NCBI GenBank assembly: GCA_023657465.1
Contig: JAGTJX010000004.1
Location: forward strand, 18,053 to 50,052
Source: Lysobacteraceae bacterium
GTDB lineage: Bacteria; Bdellovibrionota; UBA1018; JAGTJX01
Direction: 5' to 3'
Length of the DNA stretch: 32,000 nt
Below, one piece after another: positions 30,381-32,000 of the stretch (position 1 is its first letter; every line of letters starts with the position of its first letter). The notes under the pieces are model-generated. The model saw only the letters and a list, made by a program, of their open reading frames with translations. It ran no database searches and had not been told where the DNA came from. The position numbers were made by a program, and so were the translations under genes.

Positions 30381-30641
30381 CTACACAGACTGATAATCTT
30401 TCCAATACTCTTTGGCCTTTTGAATATCGCGCTCCTGAGAGCCTTTATCTCCACCGACGAGGAGAACCACGATTTTTGCTCCATCCTCACCAAAATACAC
30501 TCGGTAGCCTGGGCCAAAATCAATTTTGAGTTCCCACACACCCTGGCTGAGATTTCTTGTATTACCCAGGTTTCCGGTACGCACACGGTTCAGGCGTTTC
30601 CGCACAATTGCTCGTGCTGAAATATCCTTCAGGCCATTCAA
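30381..30641 (-). CDS. Addiction-module killer protein (RelE/HigB-like); canonical start codon missing at the expected N-terminus
   Basis: RLNRVRTGNLGNTRNLSQGVWELKIDFGPGYRVYFGEDGAKIVVLLVGGDKGSQERDIQKAKEYW is the typical killer-family pattern. Family-like residues (ELLNYVTEDGRCPFEDW) continue in frame up to 30713 with no ATG, GTG or TTG. The only available start is TTG 30641. Confidence 0.7.
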   Translation of the reverse strand: MNGLKDISARAIVRKRLNRVRTGNLGNTRNLSQGVWELKIDFGPGYRVYFGEDGAKIVVLLVGGDKGSQERDIQKAKEYWKDYQSV

Positions 30642-30766
30642 CCAATCTTCAAATGGACACCGTCCATCTTCAGTGACGTAGTTTAGTAGCTCACGAGGAG
30701 TTGGTTCCTTATCTCAGCCTTTATTGTATCCTAAAAGATACATATATTGCAAGGTGTATTTTAGAC

Positions 30767-30937
30767 TCATTTATGGCGCCTCTCACCTAAAAGCTGCCTA
30801 TTCCACTTACCTAGGCTCATGATGTGCTGTTTTGAAGCGCCGTGCATGAGCTGCTCTGTGACATCGATAATCGTGCCGCTCCAACCCAATCCCAAGCCAA
30901 GCCAAATGAGTCGGTTGATCAAAGTTGAAATGTTCAT
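30767..30937 (-). CDS. 56-codon ORF with one hydrophobic segment (MNISTLINRLIWLGLGLGWSGTIIDV...)
   Basis: This ORF is below the track threshold. AAAGGA SD lies 7 nt upstream. It is locally GC-richer than the surrounding sequence. No homology was recognised. It competes with the track ORF 30807..30995 in another frame. Confidence 0.25.
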   Translation of the reverse strand: MNISTLINRLIWLGLGLGWSGTIIDVTEQLMHGASKQHIMSLGKWNRQLLGERRHK

Positions 30938-31200
30938 AGGTTAGTCCTTTCGTTGATACTATATTTTGAATAGTGATAGAAATCCCCCAAGACACGCCAC
31001 CTGGCCTTAGGGGATTGATTAGATTTTAATTTTCAATGAACCTACCAGTAAGAGTTTATCCGCTCTTGCAAATCGTCGATCCCAGAGCGCATATATGTAC
31101 TCTCGAACAACAACCAGTGGTTCGTTCAAAATAGCTCGTCGCCCACCATTCAAGTAAAAAAGCGAACTCGCGTCAGGAATGTTGGCCTTACCATTAGAAA

Positions 31201-31264
31201 GAAGGGCAATTATTTCCGGTAAAAGAGGGTGCCTTAGTACGAGCGTTATTGAATAGAAATTTCA
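31201..31264 (+). repeat. Isolated linker fragment (X2 segment only: GGCAATTATTTCCGGTAAAAGAGGGTG...GAGCGTTATTGAATAGAAATTTCA)
   Basis: It aligns to 28990-29049 of copy C and 26583-26637 of copy A. No promoter module follows. Confidence 0.75.
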
Positions 31265-31352
31265 AGAATTATGAAGGGAAGCGTACAAGAAAAAGGCCGT
31301 TGAATTTCTAAGCTCTCAACCATCGTGAGGCTGTACCATGGGCTCAATAACA

Positions 31353-32000
31353 TTAACTCAATTTGTCTGACTCACTACGTTCTATCATTTGGTCAACTGC
31401 AGCTTCTAACACTTTTATTCGCTCTAAATTTCCTTCTGCCTCAGCACTAGAAAACATTTTAAAATTGGCGTTGGGTGCGAGCGCTGAATGGGTTCCAGCC
31501 AAATATTCATTGATAAAAATTTTCAATGCAGGTTGAGAGTTTTTATCATTGACCCCGAGCCAATTGAGGCGACGCTCAACAAAGAGGGTAGTAAAGCCAT
31601 TCACCATGGCCCAGCAGTGCATCGATTTGTGATAAGGGTCTCCTGGACCCACAATCCCCTCTTTTTGTAATAGTTCGATCACTTTTTTGAGTAATGCGAA
31701 AGTCAATCCTGCTGCTTTTTCGAGCTCAGGATATTCCGGACTTGGACAAACCGTAGAGCTCAACATGAGCTTGAAATGTTGAGGATGAGAAAGTCCCATT
31801 TTAAAGTAAGATTGAGCACATCCATGTAGCAGTTCTTTAGGTTTTTTTCTGTTTTTGATAAATGCCTCTAGCATGTATTTCATTTTTATTTCAAAGCCTT
31901 GCTGGCTAATCGCCGCGAGTAACTCATTGCGATTCTTGAAGTGACGATAAGGAGCTGCTTGGCTGACTCCTGCTCGAATAGCAAGTGTGTTGAGGGAGAG
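31353..32000 (-). CDS. TetR/AcrR-family transcriptional regulator (5' end outside the window)
   Basis: The frame is open from 31883 to the window edge and reads LSLNTLAIRAGVSQAAPYRHFKNRNELLAAI, a TetR HTH. The helical C-terminal ligand domain follows. Confidence 0.85.
   Translation of the reverse strand, partial: LSLNTLAIRAGVSQAAPYRHFKNRNELLAAISQQGFEIKMKYMLEAFIKNRKKPKELLHGCAQSYFKMGLSHPQHFKLMLSSTVCPSPEYPELEKAAGLTFALLKKVIELLQKEGIVGPGDPYHKSMHCWAMVNGFTTLFVERRLNWLGVNDKNSQPALKIFINEYLAGTHSALAPNANFKMFSSAEAEGNLERIKVLEAAVDQMIERSESDKLS

Noticed and set aside
30807-30995. Track ORF 30807..30995 (-)
   Set aside because: The His/Arg-rich translation has no SD. An alternative 56-codon frame (30767..30937) with an AAAGGA SD and a hydrophobic segment is the more plausible, though still weak, reading of this segment.
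24102-31264. CRISPR array
   Set aside because: The repeats are 60-370 bp, diverged and irregularly spaced, and they are separated by protein-coding genes. There are no short, regularly spaced direct repeats and no cas genes.
20518-31352. Classical integron (attC array) interpretation of the repeated linkers
   Set aside because: - I could not find an RYYYAAC ... GTTRRRY pair separated by 40-120 nt forming one long imperfect stem.
- The only candidates (GTTAGAG and ATTTAAC at 26679-26697 and 29088-29106) are 5 nt apart and in the wrong order.
- That sequence is better explained as the -10 region of a promoter.
- No intI-like gene is in the window.
- The integron analogy is kept only as an analogy. 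An attC covariance-model scan would settle it.

Overview
The window splits into two parts.

**Core region (1 to about 20.5 kb).** This looks like the core chromosome of an AT-rich Gram-negative bacterium. The lineage cannot be fixed from the sequence alone. In order it contains:
- a signalling trio: REC/HD-GYP regulator, STAS protein and CheY-like receiver
- smc
- a small stand-alone transcription unit
- an LRR exoprotein
- two unknown genes
- a 250-bp compound inverted repeat
- trmFO divergent from a Xer-type recombinase
- dedA
- an M14 peptidase
- a tightly packed seven-gene minus-strand operon (13886-20517)

The operon encodes an outer-membrane barrel candidate, a TPR lipoprotein, a 754-aa membrane protein, a cNMP-binding protein, MotA, MotB and an SH3 protein. 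The 754-aa protein has two ring-building-motif-like periplasmic repeats, one TM helix and a FliG-like middle plus C-terminal region. No other flagellar genes are present. I consider this orphan rotor/stator-like module the best candidate for an undescribed system.

**Accessory island (about 20.5 to 31.3 kb).** Unrelated small signal-peptide proteins sit on the plus strand. Toxin-antitoxin modules sit on the minus strand:
- an RHH antitoxin with a decayed RelE-like toxin
- a toxin with an XRE antitoxin
- Fic with a Phd-domain protein
- a TumE/TumA-like pair
- a killer/antidote pair

These genes are stitched together by a reiterated linker of 0.1-0.37 kb. The linker carries two hairpins, a TCCATTTAATCCGGTA motif, a conserved TTGACT-N17-TATTTA promoter and a leader hairpin. 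One TA module interrupts a linker with an ATTT duplication, and one gene is truncated exactly at a linker edge. The layout resembles integron or rAID-like cassette arrays, but I could not recognise attC sites or a dedicated integrase.

The window ends in a partial TetR-family gene. I saw no rRNA, tRNA, CRISPR array or transposase. All family calls were made by eye from motifs, without database searches.
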